From Squalus acanthias (taxonomy: Eukaryota), in contig CM059438.1 of NCBI GenBank assembly GCA_030390025.1, positions 70,496,001 through 70,560,000 on the forward strand: a stretch of DNA of 64,000 bases, given 5' to 3'. The translations under genes were made by a program, and so were the position numbers. The first letter of the stretch is position 1; the number at the start of each line of letters is the position of its first letter. Positions 25,181 through 39,223 of the stretch are shown here, piece by piece. Under the pieces are notes generated by a model. It did not search any database. It was not told the DNA's origin and worked only from the letters and a program-made list of their open reading frames with translations.

Positions 25181-27799
25181 TTCATTTGCCGTTTCCGGGA
25201 TCTTGCTGGCCACACACCACCTGCTGTATTTGCCTACATGACAACAGTGTCTGCACTTCAGCAGATACCCATTGTAAACTGCTTTAAGACACCCTAAGGA
25301 GATGAAAGGCACAACATAAATGGAAGTGCTTTCTTTCTTACTGTTTAATTAAAATCTTGTTGTTTATTAAAACGTGAGCATCACCATCCCCATTTAAATT
25401 TTTTTTAGAGCTATGCTGCAGGTTTTCTTTACTGATTAGGATAATAAATGGAAAATTTTAGTGTACTAATAATTAATGCCTACGCAGCATAGGATAAAGA
25501 AGTACATGGGGAAAATGGAATTCCCTTTCAAAATCTAGAATTTTGGTGCTCTGCTTCTACATGTGTAAGCTGACTGGTCCAAGCTTAAATGGATAATAAT
25601 CCAAGTTTACAGGACACACGCTCGTACGCTCTACATTGCTGCTCCACAGCTGCCAACTGGATGTTTACAGCATCGGCTCAGGACGATTGACCCCCCTGTT
25701 TTATTTCCTTCACTGTAGGGAATCGCGGGCAGGGCCTCACCGGCGAGACTGGAATCAGAAAGACTCATGAACCTACCTCCTACCACTCTGCACTGTGCCT
25801 GTACCACATTTCATTCCACGATAAGATAAATTAAAAATTTCAAATATTCTATGAACCGGTCCCAATTTCTCACAATCAACTGATAGGGGAGATCATTCTT
25901 GAGTACTCAGAAATAGTGTGCATTTGTGCCAGGAGGGGAGGAAGCTCTGAGTTAAATATGTTGAGCTTTTTAAACAGTGGGTGTTCTTATGGGGGAAGTG
26001 ATCTTATCAGAAATGACCTTTAAAAGAGTTTTACTGGAGATGTTGCTATGGTGCCTCCTTACAGTGGATCTTCCAACAGTGTGCATACCACAACCAGTCA
26101 TGGAAACTTTGATCTCTTTCCCATTAATTATCCTCATAAGCTGTGGACTTAGAGTGAATTACCCCAGCCTTTGTTTGATTAATCTTTTGATTAAACACAT
26201 GACATATCTCCACAATATCATGACCTTGTGCTTACGTCTACATTTTAGAAGGATCCCAAATTACACACACATTTTTCAGATGAAGTCAGAACCACATGAA
26301 CTTAACTTGGGCTTTGATAGTTGGACATCTGCCCGATGTTCTGTGAATAAATCCTGGAGATTTATTTGCTCATAGACGATGGTATTCCTATCTCATCACT
26401 CACTGAGCCACATGCTGAACTGCTCGGGCCTGTGCGTTTCTGGAAATGTATTTTATTCCATGTTAATCGCTCCTGTTCACCTTGATGTCGGAGTATTTTT
26501 TCCTTCGTTTTCGTCACAGCATTACTCCAACTTCAAAAAAAAAATGAAGCGCCAACTCAGATAGCTTATTGGATGAAGGAAGAGAAGGAAAAAAAAACTG
26601 TAAATGCCAGAAATGCACAACATCTGTAAAGAGAAAAGAATGTTTCGGATGCAACTCAAAAGGAAAGCAAGTATTTCAGTAAAGTTGGAAAACATAGGGA
26701 AAAAATGGATGAGAAATAATAGATATTCCAATTACACAGTTAATGGATTGAATGATCTGCAAACTGCTTAATAGAAAACTGCTAGATGATACAAAAGATT
26801 TCTGTATTTCATTCCTTAATTGTAACTTATACTAAATTTATAATGGACCTGTTTGTTATTAAGTCTTACTGTGCAAGTGTCCTATACGATGCAGACCCCC
26901 ATTTTTCATTGCAAGAACAGTACAGAAAGTTAATTGTTAATTTTCTTGGTCCTCTATATATTTTTTCAACTTTCTGGCTGCTACATTGTCCTTTAAATAC
27001 CATCTGATAACTTCTTAGCCTGCCTAAAATTTTCAGATGATGTGATGTACAACGAGTGAGACAATGCTTTTCCCGAAGGGGTTGACTCCCTTGCTGGAGT
27101 ACAATTCCGTCGGCAGTGGGTGTTCCCTGCTACCTCACGCAAGTGGCCATTATTCATGTGTAGGCATTATCACAGAATCATAGAATGGTTACAGCACAGA
27201 AGGAGGCCATTCGGCCCGTCGAGCCCGTGCCGGCTCTCTGCAAGAGCACTTCAGCTAGTCCCACTCCCCCTGCCCTTTCCCCGTAGCCCTGCAATTTTTT
27301 TTCCTTCAGGTACTTATCCAGTTCCCTTTTTGAACGCCACAATTGAGTCTGCCTCCACCACCCTCTCAGGCAGTGAATTCCAGATCCTAACCACTCGATG
27401 CGTAAAAAGGTTTTTCCTCATGTCGCCTTTGGTTCTTCTGCCAATCACCTTAAATCTGTGTCCTCTGGTTCTCGACCCTTCCGCCAATGGGAACAGTTTC
27501 TCTCTATCTACTCTGTCTAGATCCCTCTTGATTTTGAACACCTCTATCAAATCTCCTCTCAACTTTCTCTGCTCTAAGGAGGACAACCCCAGCTTCTCCA
27601 GTCTATCCACATAACTGAAGTCCCTCACCCCTGGAATCATTCTTGTAAATCTTTTCTATACCCTCTCTAAGACCGTCACTACCTTCCTAAAGTGCAGTGC
27701 CCAGAATTGGACACAATACTCCAGTTGAGGCCAAACCAGTGTTTTGTAAATGTTCTTCATAACTTCCTTACTTTTGTATTCTATGCCTCTATTTATGAA

Positions 27800-27995
27800 T
27801 CCATGATGTGGAGATGCCGGTGTTGGACTGGGGTGGACAAATGTGAGAAGTCGCACAACACCAGGTTATAGTCCAACAGCTTTATTTGAAATCACAAGCT
27901 TTCGGAGCGCTGCTCCTTCGTCAGGTGAGCTCCGAAAGCTTGTGATTTCAAATAAAGCTGTTGGACTATAACCTGGTGTTGTGCGACTTCTCACA
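27800..27995 (-). mobile_element. Penelope-like (family A) terminal-repeat insertion with fold-back structure
   Basis: 12-bp TSD TCTATTTATGAA (27788-27799, 27996-28007) inside CR1. Perfect 68-bp inverted arms at 27841-27908 and 27929-27996. Contains a hammerhead motif. Confidence 0.8.
27892..27928 (-). ncRNA. Minimal type I hammerhead ribozyme motif (core intact)
   Basis: Minus strand reads UCAC-CUGACGA-A-GGAGC-agc-GCUCC-GAAA-GC-UU-GUGA: stem I UCAC/GUGA, stem II GGAGC/GCUCC, self-complementary AGCU in place of helix III. Confidence 0.8.
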
Positions 27996-29825
27996 TCTAT
28001 TTATGAAGCCCAGGATCCCGTATGCTTTATTAACCGCTTTCTCAACCTGCCCTGCCACCTTCAACGATTTGTGCACTTATATCCCAAGGTCTCTCTGTTC
28101 ATGCACCCCCTTTAAAATTGTACTCTTTAGTTTATATTGCCTCTCCTCATTCGTCCTACCAAAATGTATCACTTTGCACTTTTCTGCGTTAAATTTCATC
28201 TGCCACATGTCCACCCATTCCACCAGCCTATCTATGTCCTCTTGAAATCTGTCACTATCCTCCTCACTGTTCACTATACTTCCAAGTTTTGTGTCATCTG
28301 CAAATTTTGAAATTGTGCCCTGTACACCCACATCTAAGTCACTAATATATATCAAGAAAAGCAGTGGTCCTAATACTGACCCCTGGGGAACACCACTGTA
28401 TACCTTCCTCCAGTCCGAAAAACAACCGTTCACCACTAATCTCTGTTTCCTGTCACTTAGCCAATTTCGTATCCATGCTACCACTGTCCCTTTTATTCCA
28501 TGAGCTTCAACTTTGCTGGCAAGCCTATTATGTGGCACTTTATCAATCGCCTTTTGGAAGTCCATGTACAGCACATCAACCACATTGGCTTCATCAACCC
28601 TCTCTGTAACCTCATCAAAATACTCAATCAAGGTAGTTAAACACGATTTGCCTTTAACAAACCCGTGCTGGCATTCCTTAATGAATCCACACTTGTCCAA
28701 GTGACTGTTAATTTTGTACCAGATTATCATTTCTAAAAGCTTCCCCACTACCGCGGTTAAACTGACTGGCCTGTAGTTGCTGGGTTTATCCTGACACCCT
28801 TTTTTGAACAAGGGTGTAACATTTGCAATTCTCCAGTCGTCTGGCACCAGCTCCCGTATCTAAGGCGGATTGGAAGATTATTGCCAGTACCACCGCAATT
28901 TCCACCTTTACGTCCCTCAGGATCCTAGGATGCATCCCATCCGGTCCTGGTGACTTATCTACTTTAAGTACAGCCAGCCTTTCTAGTACCTCTTCTTTAT
29001 TAATTTTTATCCCATCTAGAATCTCCTCTACCTCATCTTTCACTATGACTTTGGCAGCATCTTCTTCCTTAGTAAAGACAGATGCAAAGTACTCATTTAG
29101 TAACTCAGCCATGCCCTCTGCTTCCATGCGTAGGCCTCCACTTTGGTCCCTAATCGGCCCCACCCCGCCTCTTACTACCCGTTTACTATTTATATGCCTA
29201 TTGAAGACTTTTGGATTCCCTTTTATGTTCGCTGCCAATCTATTCTCATACTCTCTCTTTGCCCCTCTTATTTCCTTTTTCACTTCCCCTCTTCATCTTA
29301 CTCTATCTCTTTCGTCAACCAGGGTGCTCTGACTTTGGTTGCCCTACCTTTACCCCTCGTGGGAATGTATCTCGACTGTACCCAAACCATTTCCTCTTTA
29401 AAGGCAGCCCATTGTTCAATTACAATTTTGCCTGCCAATCTTTGATTCCTATTTACCCGGGCCTGATCCATTCTCAACCCACTGAAATTGGCCTTCTAGA
29501 TACTCTAGATTGCTCCCTGTCCATTTCCATAGCTAATCTAAACCTTATGATACTATGATCATTGTTCCCTAAATGTTCCCCTACTGACACTTGCTCCACT
29601 GCACCCACCTCATTCCCCAGAACCAGAACCAGCAATGCCTCCTTCCTCGTTGGGCCAGAAATGTACTGATCAAGAAAGTTCTCCTGAACACACTTCAGAA
29701 ATTCTTCCCCTCTCTGCCATTTACACTATCACTATGCCAGTCTATATTAGGATAGTTGAAGTCCCCCATTATCACTACTCTATAGTTCTTGCACCTCTCT
29801 GTAATTTCCCTGCAAATTTGCTCCT

Positions 29826-30320
29826 CTCCACTTGCCTGGATGAGTGCAGCTCCAACAACACTCAAGAAGCTCGACACCATCCAGGACAAAGCAGCCCGCT
29901 TGATTGGCACCCCATCTACCACCTTAAACATTCACTCCCTCCACCACCGGCGTACCGTGGCTGCAGTGTGTACCATCTACAAGATGCACTGCAGCAACTC
30001 GCCAAGGTTTCTTCGGCAGCACCTCCCAAACCCGCGACCTCTTCCACCTAGAAGGACAAGGGCAGCAGGCGCATGAGAACACCACCACCTCCAAGTCACA
30101 CACCATCCTGACTTAGAAGTATATCGCCGATCCTTCATCGTTGCTGGGTCAAAATCCTAGAACTCCCTCCATAACAGCACTGTGGGAGTACCCTCACCAC
30201 ACGGACTGCAGCGGTTCAAGAAGGTGGCTCACCACCACCTTCTCAAGGGGAATTAGGGATGGGCAATAAATGCTGGCCTTGCCAGCGATGCCCACATCCC
30301 ATAAATGAATTTAAAAAAAA
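29826..30320 (+). mobile_element. 3' end of non-LTR retrotransposon with A-rich tail
   Basis: PLAWMSAAPTTLKKLDTIQDKAARLIG...NIHSLHHRRTVAAVCTIYKMHC, ending aatgaatttaaaaaaaa. Confidence 0.8.
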
Positions 30321-31910
30321 TATCCTCGACAGTGAGTAGTGCCGAACTACTTGATTGTGGAGAACCTTACAGCTGAGCCTGATCCTGTCCTTATCCAACA
30401 TACATGTACTTTGCACCGCGGGTCACCAGATGGCTCATTTCCCTTTCTCTAACCTAGGGCCACTGGGGTCACCCTGCCCTGGCTGAGATCACCTAACGCC
30501 TCATCAAACATAAGGCCTTCCTGAGCTGTAAGGCAGAGACGCAGTGGCCTAGATTTTCTGATTGGCAATTTTTTAATACTGATGTTCGGCCTTTTATTTG
30601 AAATGAGTTAACACCGGCATTAAAATGAAAACCTCGGCTGGTACCATTAATGCTAAGTTGTAGGGGAAGCCTCATTTCACCCTCTCCCATCCCCCTCTCC
30701 CATCCCCACTTAAATATTGGAATGCAAAGCTTTCATTGCTCTTTAGAGGGAAGGATGCTGGAGAATAGATATTGGTTGTAATGCATATCCTGGTCGATAT
30801 TCCTCCCTCAATCAGCACCACCAAAACTAGATTATGTTAGTCATTCAATCGCTGTTTTATGGGACCTTGCTGTGCGCAAATTGTCTGCCACATTTTCCTA
30901 CATAACAGCAGTAAATGCACTTCAAAAGTAATCCATTGGTTGTAAAGCATTCTGATATCTGAAAGGTGCTGTGTAAATAAGAATTCCCTTTCTTCATATA
31001 TTTTATGTGAACGGTGATCTGAATTCCTCTCTACCTGACCAAGTCAGGAAGACATTACATATTAAACAGTCTATCTTGAGGCTAACAATACCCCAGAGTT
31101 CAAGGTTTACTGTAAACTTATACCATTTGTATGGACCAAACACTGCCAAACATCCACTGCCATGAGGGAGGAGTTATTTGCCTGCTCTAAGACCTGAATT
31201 GGATTTTGAATTTCAGAATTAAAGGTTACTGCAGTACTTTGCAACAGCAATTAAAGGGTTACATGATCCTTTTAAGGAGTTGTCCAGGTAGATTCACCTA
31301 CTGGAAAAGCCTATTCCAACAATTATATGTTTAGCAATTGTCATATTGAATGCTGGGAGAATTTGGGCTGCAGCTGATATCTGCTCTACTTAAAAACAAT
31401 TGTTTTTAAATGCCAAAGTGTGACCAGAGCATCAATATTGCTTTACGTGTTTTCGGTACTTGAATATCTTTCACAAACAAAGGAAACTGCTGTGATTTCT
31501 ATCTGATAATAGGTGTGAAATATGATTTAATAAGTACTTATTTTTAATAAGTTTTCATGCAGCTTTCCCCATATATACCCATTGGCCGACAAGATACCAA
31601 GGTATGCAATACAGTAAGAGAAAAGGCGGCAGCTGTTTATGAATTGTCACCTGGATCTGAAGGAACATTACTGTATTGAAGTGTGCTCTGACAGATTTGT
31701 TATTCTTTCTCATACATACAACACAAAAATGACTTGTGTCTAGTGCAAGAAATGTTGATGTAGAGTTGGTAACAGTTGAGTCACATGGATGAAAATAAGT
31801 GAGGTATGTGCCAGGTGACTCAGACTGAAGTGATATGACACCATGTGGCTCAGGCTGAAGTGACATGAAGTCTTATTTCTGGGAACTACAGTGACTGCTA
31901 TGTATTACAA

Positions 31911-32373
31911 CAGTGGCGTAGGCAGGCAGTGTGGGGGTTCAAACACCCCCACCCCCGAAACTTCTATGATTTTTTTTAGCAGGTCACTCCTTCTTTCAAA
32001 AGAACATGCCTTAGATCACAAGATAGAACACTGAAAGAATGCATGTTCTTTCAGAGTTAGTCACTTCTGCAGTTCAACTAGTGAAATCCGATTAGTTGGG
32101 TTTGTGCTTCTAAATGTCCACTGGAATATTGTAGCGAATGATAATGAAGTTATTGGTAGATTAGCGACACATAACCGGCGCTTAGATTTTGTGCTTTAGG
32201 ATTTTTGTTTGACTAGACTGCTTTATCTTTTCATTGTTTGAATTGTTAGCTCAATGGAAGTAATAATCTTTCTACTTGAACCTTATTGTGAAGTTACTAT
32301 TTGAAACTTAGTCCTTTTGAAGTAGTTCAGATGCAAACAGATCCCCCCCCACAAAATTCTGCCTCCGCCACCG
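31911..32373. mobile_element. hAT-type MITE
   Basis: TIRs CAGTGGCGTAGGCAG / CTGCCTCCGCCACCG (2 mismatches in 15). Flanking 8-mers TATTACAA and AATTATAA form an imperfect 8-bp TSD. Confidence 0.7.
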
Positions 32374-34691
32374 AATTATAAGAAGAATCAGACAATTAAA
32401 AAAATCTACATTGCTGTAAAATGGAAGGAAGAGAGAGATGAGGAAAATAAATTTTAAAAATAGATTTTGTGTTGGCTCCAACTGGAAATTGAGAAAGCTG
32501 AAAGGCTATTTGTAACACTTTGGGCTGTGGAAGGATTGTACAGAGACACACAATGGCCTTAAATTATGCACTGGGGTACTAGCATTTGATGCATGAAGTG
32601 TTTGTACACACTATTCCATAGTGTAATTACAAGGCTAGTCAGTATTTTTATTCAGCCGCTTCTGAGTAAGTAGTTTTTTTGATTTGGGGCAGAAATGATA
32701 CCACACTTCCAACTTACTGTCAACCACTTCTTTTGATTTGAAATTAGAAGCATTATTCATAACATCCCCTAGATCCCCAGCCACTCAGTTGATGAAGTTA
32801 CTGCTCAATGTACAACCTAGGCATACAAGCCTGATTCCTCCCTTGGTCTGTGCTGTGTTAGTTGATCTCAGCCACAGTAGGAGTGTTATGATTGGCCTCA
32901 CTGAAAGAAAAGCCAGAGAGGCTTTTTTTTATCCCTTGATAGAAAATGTGATCAGTTTTGGCTGTGATGCTGCTGTGGTCGATTAGCATGTCATCACTCA
33001 TTGTCTGAGCTAACACATGAAGAATGACCACTCCTCTGAGGTCATGAAGAGCTGTCAACATTGTGGAATCTTACCCCAGCAAGAATCAATGCCTGCAGGA
33101 AAGGAGAGGAGTCGAGTGGAGGAAGGAACCTTTAATACAGTCTGATACAGCGCAATCTCAGTCATGACACATGTTGATTATAGCAACCTTTTCAGTCGAG
33201 AAACCAGACAATGTACCCTCTGTGGAACACACTTGAAACATGTCTCCCAAAAACTAGCTTCTGCATTGAGACATCATTTCAAATTTGAAAGTACTTATTT
33301 AAGGATTTCTTTCCAGAAGCAAGGTGAAAAAGCAATGCTGAGTGGCACAGAATGTTAACAGTTTGGTTGATTCGGCAAGAAAATCAGTGGCGCTTAATTA
33401 AGTACCATCAGCAGTAATTTCTGGATCAGTTCCTAGTTCAATTGAGTGATTACTAAATGGAGCAATAGTGCATTCCTGTGATGGAGTGCAATTTATAGCA
33501 TCCCAAAGTTTGCATGTAACGTTTGGACATATCTCAGTGATGTAAGAGAATGGGGGTTTTAGAATTGTCTCAAAAACAGGCAATTATAGGTTAGAATGAT
33601 CAATAAGCATTTACCCAAAGAGTGGCAACCCCTTCTTAACCAGTGTGGTTTCAAACATTTCCTAGTCAAAGGGCTTGTTAGAAACATCAATTCCAGACAG
33701 CAAAGGACAGAATGGACACAATGGAGTGACACAGAACAAGGGGAGTCCCTTTGCAGTGTGTTCATTCAAGATCAGTCGTTCCCAATACTCAGCTTGTCTG
33801 GAGGCCAAGCTGAGATTGCCTGTGGATATTTGTTCAATCCCTGTGGTTAATAAATACGAGAGTCCAATTATTTTCTGTCACCCTAAGTGACTGCAGAGAG
33901 GATTTCACAGATAATCCCCGTAAATGGAATATATTTATATCATCCATTTATAATATTTTAAAATGCTCGCACATGCACAGATCCATTTGATTACATCCTA
34001 CTATCATACTGTTTCCATCACGTGATTCCTGTCACGCTTTTGTGTCACAATGAAACTTAGCTATTCATTTTACTTACATCTGATGGAGTCTCCAAGGTAG
34101 GTGCGTTATAGCACCATTTTACATAGCACCGTTCAACTTGAAGATACCAAAATCTGGACTCTTGAGGCTACTCGTCCCCTTCCTTCCGGCACCTTTCACA
34201 CTGCTGCCTTCCTTCCGCTGCTACTCGCTTAATCATGCTCCATCCCATGGTTCCGCATCACCCTCATGACCAGATCCTGCCCCCGTTCCCTCACAAGTAT
34301 TGCTGTGCAAACCATTTTAAGAAATGCCTCCTGCCCCCACCAGGATCAGACCCTCTTTGCCTCTGCCATTCCTACTTGGGAAATTCCTCAGAGCTGCTGC
34401 TGCTCCATCATCGATTACATCGATTCAAGCGCAGTGGAAGCACTGGTGATGCGGGAGCTGAGCTGAGGAATTTCCAGGCCATAGTGTAGAACAGTGCATC
34501 TTCCAACTCACTGAGAACAACACCACGGGAAATCCACTCGTCATAGATCGAAAAGTCTTGCAACTACTGCGTCTGTCACATTCCAAATATCACTCTTCAA
34601 AGTGTCTTTTACAGAGGCAAAAGAATCTTTAAGAAAAGGAGAAATAAAGCCAGTTTTTGACCAGGAGTCTGAAATTTAGAAGCAGTTACAA

Positions 34692-36003
34692 TTAGAATGG
34701 TTACAGCACAGAAGAAGGCCATTCGGCCCGTCGAGCCCATGCCGGCTCTCTGCAAGAGCACTTCAGCTAGTCCCACTCCCCCGCCCTTTCCCCGTAGCTC
34801 TGCAAAATTTTTTCCTTCAGGTACTTATCCAACTCCCTTTTGAAAGCCATGATTGAATCTGCCTCCACCAGCCTCTCAGGCCGTGCATTCCACATCCTAA
34901 CCACTCGCTGAGTAAAAAAGTTTTTCCTCATGCCGCCTTTGATTCTTTTGACAATCACCTTAAATCTGAGTCCTCTGGTTTGCGACCCTTCCGCCAATGG
35001 GAACAGTTTCTCTCCATCTACTCTGTTCAGACCCCTCATGATTTTGAACACCTCTATCAAATCTTCTTTCAATCTTCTCTGCTCTAAGGAGAACAACCCC
35101 AGCTTCTCCAGTCTATCCACATAACTGAAGTCCCTCATCCCTGGAATCATTCTCGTAAATCTTTTCTGCACCCTCTCTAAGGCCTTCACATCCTTCCTAA
35201 AGTCTGGTGCCGAGAATTGGACACAATACTCCAGTTGAGGCCGAACCAGTGTTTTATACAGGTTCATCATAATTTCCACGCTTTTGTACTCTATTCCTCA
35301 AGCCCAGGATCCCTTAAGCATTTTTAACTGCTTTCTCAACCTGCCCTGCCAACTTCAACGATTTGTGCACATATACCCCTAGGTCTCTTTGTTTATGCAC
35401 CCCCTTTAGGATTGTACCCTTTAGTTTATATTCCCTCTCTTCATTCTTTCTACCAAAATGTATCACTTCGCACTTTTCTGCGTTAAATTTCATCTGCCAC
35501 GTTTCTGCCCATTCCACCAGCCTGTCTATGTCCTCTTGAAGTCTATCACTATCCTCCTCACTGTTCACTATACTTTCAAGTTTTGTGTCATCTGCAAATT
35601 TTGAAATTGTTCCCTGTACACTCACTTCCAAGTCATTAATATATATCAAGAAAAGCAGTGGTCCTGGAACCGACCCCTGGGGAACACCACTGTATACCTT
35701 CCTGTCGTCCGAAAAACAACCATTCACCGCTACTCTCTGTTTTCTGTCACTTAGCCAATTTCGTATCCATGCTGCCACTGTCCCTTTTATTCCATGGGCT
35801 TCAACTTTGCTGGCAAGTCTATTATGTGGCACTTTGTCGAACTTTGGAAATCCATGTACACCACGTCAACCGCATTGCCCTCATCAACCCTCTCTGTTAC
35901 CTCGTCAAAAAACTCGATCAAGTCAGTTAAACACGATTTGCCTTTAACAAATCCGTGCTGGGTTTCCTAAATTATTCCACACTTGTCCAAGTGACTGTTA
36001 ATT
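34692..36003 (-). mobile_element. CR1 LINE 3' portion
   Basis: ORFs 35314-35832 (GVPQGSVPGPLLF, KFADDTKL) and 34767-35279. Near-identical to the 27172-28715 region. Confidence 0.93.
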
Positions 36004-37569
36004 GCTCGGTGATTGAACTCAGCAGCTTATAAGTGGCAACAGTTAACTTGCTTGGAACAGTGGCCAAAAAGGGACAGGCCAGCTGAGTTAATAAACATCA
36101 CAACCTTGCTCCAGATCCAAAACTAGCCATGAATAACACCACAGGAGATTGAGTGGTACTTAAAAACAAAGCTTCAGAAAAACCCAAAAGTAGGGAGATA
36201 ATTTAAGTCAAATAATTATTGCTGCAGAGTTAACAGCTCCTTTTAAATAGGCCGGAGTCAGCTCTCACAACGGTTCAGCAGGTATAATACTAAGCCATGT
36301 AAATCAGGAAGGCTCCAAATTTGCCTGATTTCAGCTCGTGCCACAATTGATCACAATGTGCTTAAGAGATGAAAAATCAACAAGAGTTCTCACTTCTATC
36401 AGGTGTTGGAAAGTGTGTGTATGTGTGGATGTCAGGTGACAATAAGATTGAGCTTGTCTTTGATGTCCCTACAGTTGATTAGCTTCGCAACACTCACTGT
36501 CTAGACTCACATGTGAAGAATGGGCAATTGGTTGAAGTCGAAAAGTTGCCAGCACCTGCGGACCTGTATCCCAGCCTCAATCAACAGCAATTCAGAGGGG
36601 GGGAAAAAGAAGGAAAAAGTCATTATTTATTTTTTATTAAATTAACTGTGCTTGATATTGTATTGATAGCACCTTGAAACTGAGAATGGAAACAACGTTT
36701 TCTGCAGTGCGCTGTGTATTCAAGCTGTATGCAACCTCGAGGGAATGGGCTGAATAAAATGGTATCTAACTTGTATGAAATTCAACTTGGCAAGTTTAGT
36801 TAAGGGGGCAGTGTCTTCATGAAGAATTTGTGGTCCAACATTTTCTAATTTTTTTCAAACAAAGTATGTGATGGCATAATTAGCATTGAAACACACAATT
36901 GTGTGTCTTGTGACCAATGTCACTGTGATTGAAAATGATGCAAAGCCCTTCCCGTTGACATTCCTCTCCAAAAGAAAAATATTTATCACACAATTTTCCA
37001 AGCAGATGCCAATAACTTGTTGTATGTGATGACGATGTTGATATCATCTTCATATCCCAGAGTCAGTTCCATAAACCCTACCTTCATTTGATGCAGTATT
37101 GCTTGAAAAATGTTTATTTTTCCACCCACTGAACCCAAAATTAAAAGTGAAGATTAATTATATAACATTCATCAACCTTATATCAACCACAGGACAATCC
37201 AGAGACCAGAGTAAGGAAAATATTATGCAGTGTCTTTAATCCCTTCACACGATGACCCTTTTACTTCAGGACACAGCTGTCAGTTCAGTCCAAAAAGAGG
37301 ATGAGTGTCTCCAAATTAAGTTGGCTGCCAAGGGTTACAGGAAAAATATAATCTAGCAGTTTGAGTTCAGATCACAGTAGGTACCCCTATTTGATTTGGC
37401 TGTTGCATCTTTTGAAATGGTTATGGATGACAGTAAGTAAGGTAGAAAAGAGATATTGCTTATGGTGAAGATCCAATATCAGAGCTACGTTGGGGGTGCA
37501 GTTTCTGTTGACAGAGCAGATCATGCTGCTGTCATCGAAGTCTTGGATTGAGCAGGTCATTGACCTGCT

Positions 37570-38012
37570 CTCACATAAGAACATAAGAATTAGGAGCAGG
37601 AGTAGGCCATACGGCCCTTCGAGCCTGTGCCTCCATTCAATCATATCATGGCTGATCTTCGACCTCAACTTCACTTTCCCGCCCGATCCCCATATTCCTT
37701 GATTCCCCTGGAGTCCAAAAATCTATCTATCTCAGCTTTGAATATACTCAACGACTCAGCATCCACAACCCTTTGGGGTAGAGAATTCCAAAGATTCACA
37801 ACTCTCTGAGTGAAGAAATTCCTCCTCAGCTCAGTCTAAAATGTCCAACTCCTTATCCTGAGACTATGCCCCCTAGTTCTAGACTCTTCAGCCAGTGGAA
37901 ACTACCTCTCAGCATCTACCCTGTCAATTCCCCTCAGAATCTTATATGTTTCAATGAGATCACTTCTCATTCTTCCAAACTCCAGAGTGATTAGGCCCAA
38001 TCTACTCAATCT
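37570..38012 (-). mobile_element. CR1 LINE 3' fragment (second CR1 subfamily)
   Basis: RLGLITLEFGRMRSDLIETYKILRGIDRVDAER and an (ACATAAGA)n tail. Same subfamily as 51135-54672. Confidence 0.85.
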
Positions 38013-39223
38013 ACCAGCTGAAGGAAACAAAAACCCCATTAAAGGGGGGAGAGCAGCGATGTAAGGAATGATGTTCTGGAAATTTAGCATCAGCCCAATC
38101 AGCAGTCGTAACTGCAGCTGAAGAGGTGAGCCTAAGTTGTTTGAAACAAGTGAAGCTGAAAAAAACATTGAATAAAAGCCAACTTAAAGATTGCAAGGAG
38201 GTTGAGGTGCAGACAGAGTACCGTCTAGACCATGTTTTTTTCTGTTTGAGTTACTTATTCTAAGGACCTGAAGTGAAATGAGTGTTGGGTCAAGGCAATA
38301 GGTTGGCGGTTATGAGTTGGAAGCATATGGAAAATGGAAATGTCATCTCGTGTGAAAGAAATTGTTTATCCATGACTAGTGTTTTGTTCCTTGGCAAAAC
38401 AGAAGGGTATTTGGTTTTGGTGCATGAATCTCATTTGCAGTATTCATTATTATGAGTGGTTTGTAATGCCATGAAATGACCTGTAAAGAAAAAAAAAATC
38501 CATTCCTTACCCTTAAAATACACATACAAACACTTCAAACTGGCACTAGTTACTGGCAGATTTGCACCTAACTCAATATATTTGAACGTACGGTTGATTC
38601 AGTCCTAATTGGAGCTGTCCTGGAGATAGCCAAATCGTGTTCATTAGTAGACATATCTGATTAGAATTAATGTCTCCTTTGCTTTCCATGACCGCCTTAA
38701 ATGCTCCCTTCAAAAAAACTGAACAGCCAGTTCTGATTTTTTGGCAGTTTGGAGAGCGTGCATTAGCATTGAGGTACAGCACTGTACAGTATGTTAATTA
38801 CATAGATTAACTGATAGGAAGACAACAGAGCAGGTGTGAAAATTTGCCACACACATTTGATTCCTTTTATCCTTCTCACCTATTTACATGATTGACAATG
38901 TTGCTTTATTGATCAATTGGATTAATTCAAGTCAATATATTTAAAAACAAAATTAATGTTCTCGCCCGCAAACACGTCATTCATGTTTTGTTGATTAGCT
39001 TTGCAGTCAGCCTCGCTCAGAAAATTGACTGACTGGAACTTCCAGACATCTCCTGCATTCAGGAAGCCAGAAAACCTGACTGTTAAATTCTGTTACCTGT
39101 TTAGAACAATGTGTGGGTACATCCCGTTTTTAACATGGGAAGGTGATCAAAGCAATGGTTGAAGAGATAGGTTTCGAGGAGACTTTTTGGGCGGGGAGAG
39201 AAATGGCAAGACAAAGGGATATA

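Larger units (their letters stand above)
24022..25340 (+). mobile_element. tRNA-Deu SINE split by a Harbinger MITE and a LINE 3' fragment
   Basis: SINE segments at 24022-24222, 24774-24846 and ~25180-25340 join into the sequence seen intact at 62207-62662. Confidence 0.75.
27172..29825 (-). mobile_element. CR1 LINE, 5'-truncated and internally deleted
   Basis: [53 protein letters not shown] and the CR1 C-terminus RGHRFK...FTHRVVRIWNSLP. (ATTCTRTG)-type tail. Confidence 0.93.

Noticed and set aside
27841..27996. Palindrome as a CRISPR array, terminator or DNA-transposon MITE
   Set aside because: Vertebrate context with no repeat-spacer periodicity. The insert is asymmetric (41 extra nt on one side), has a 12-bp TSD, and a solo one-armed copy exists at 39224, which fits retro-insertion.
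31815..31868. Two-copy 30-bp-period tandem repeat
   Set aside because: Only two imperfect copies; an ordinary local duplication.
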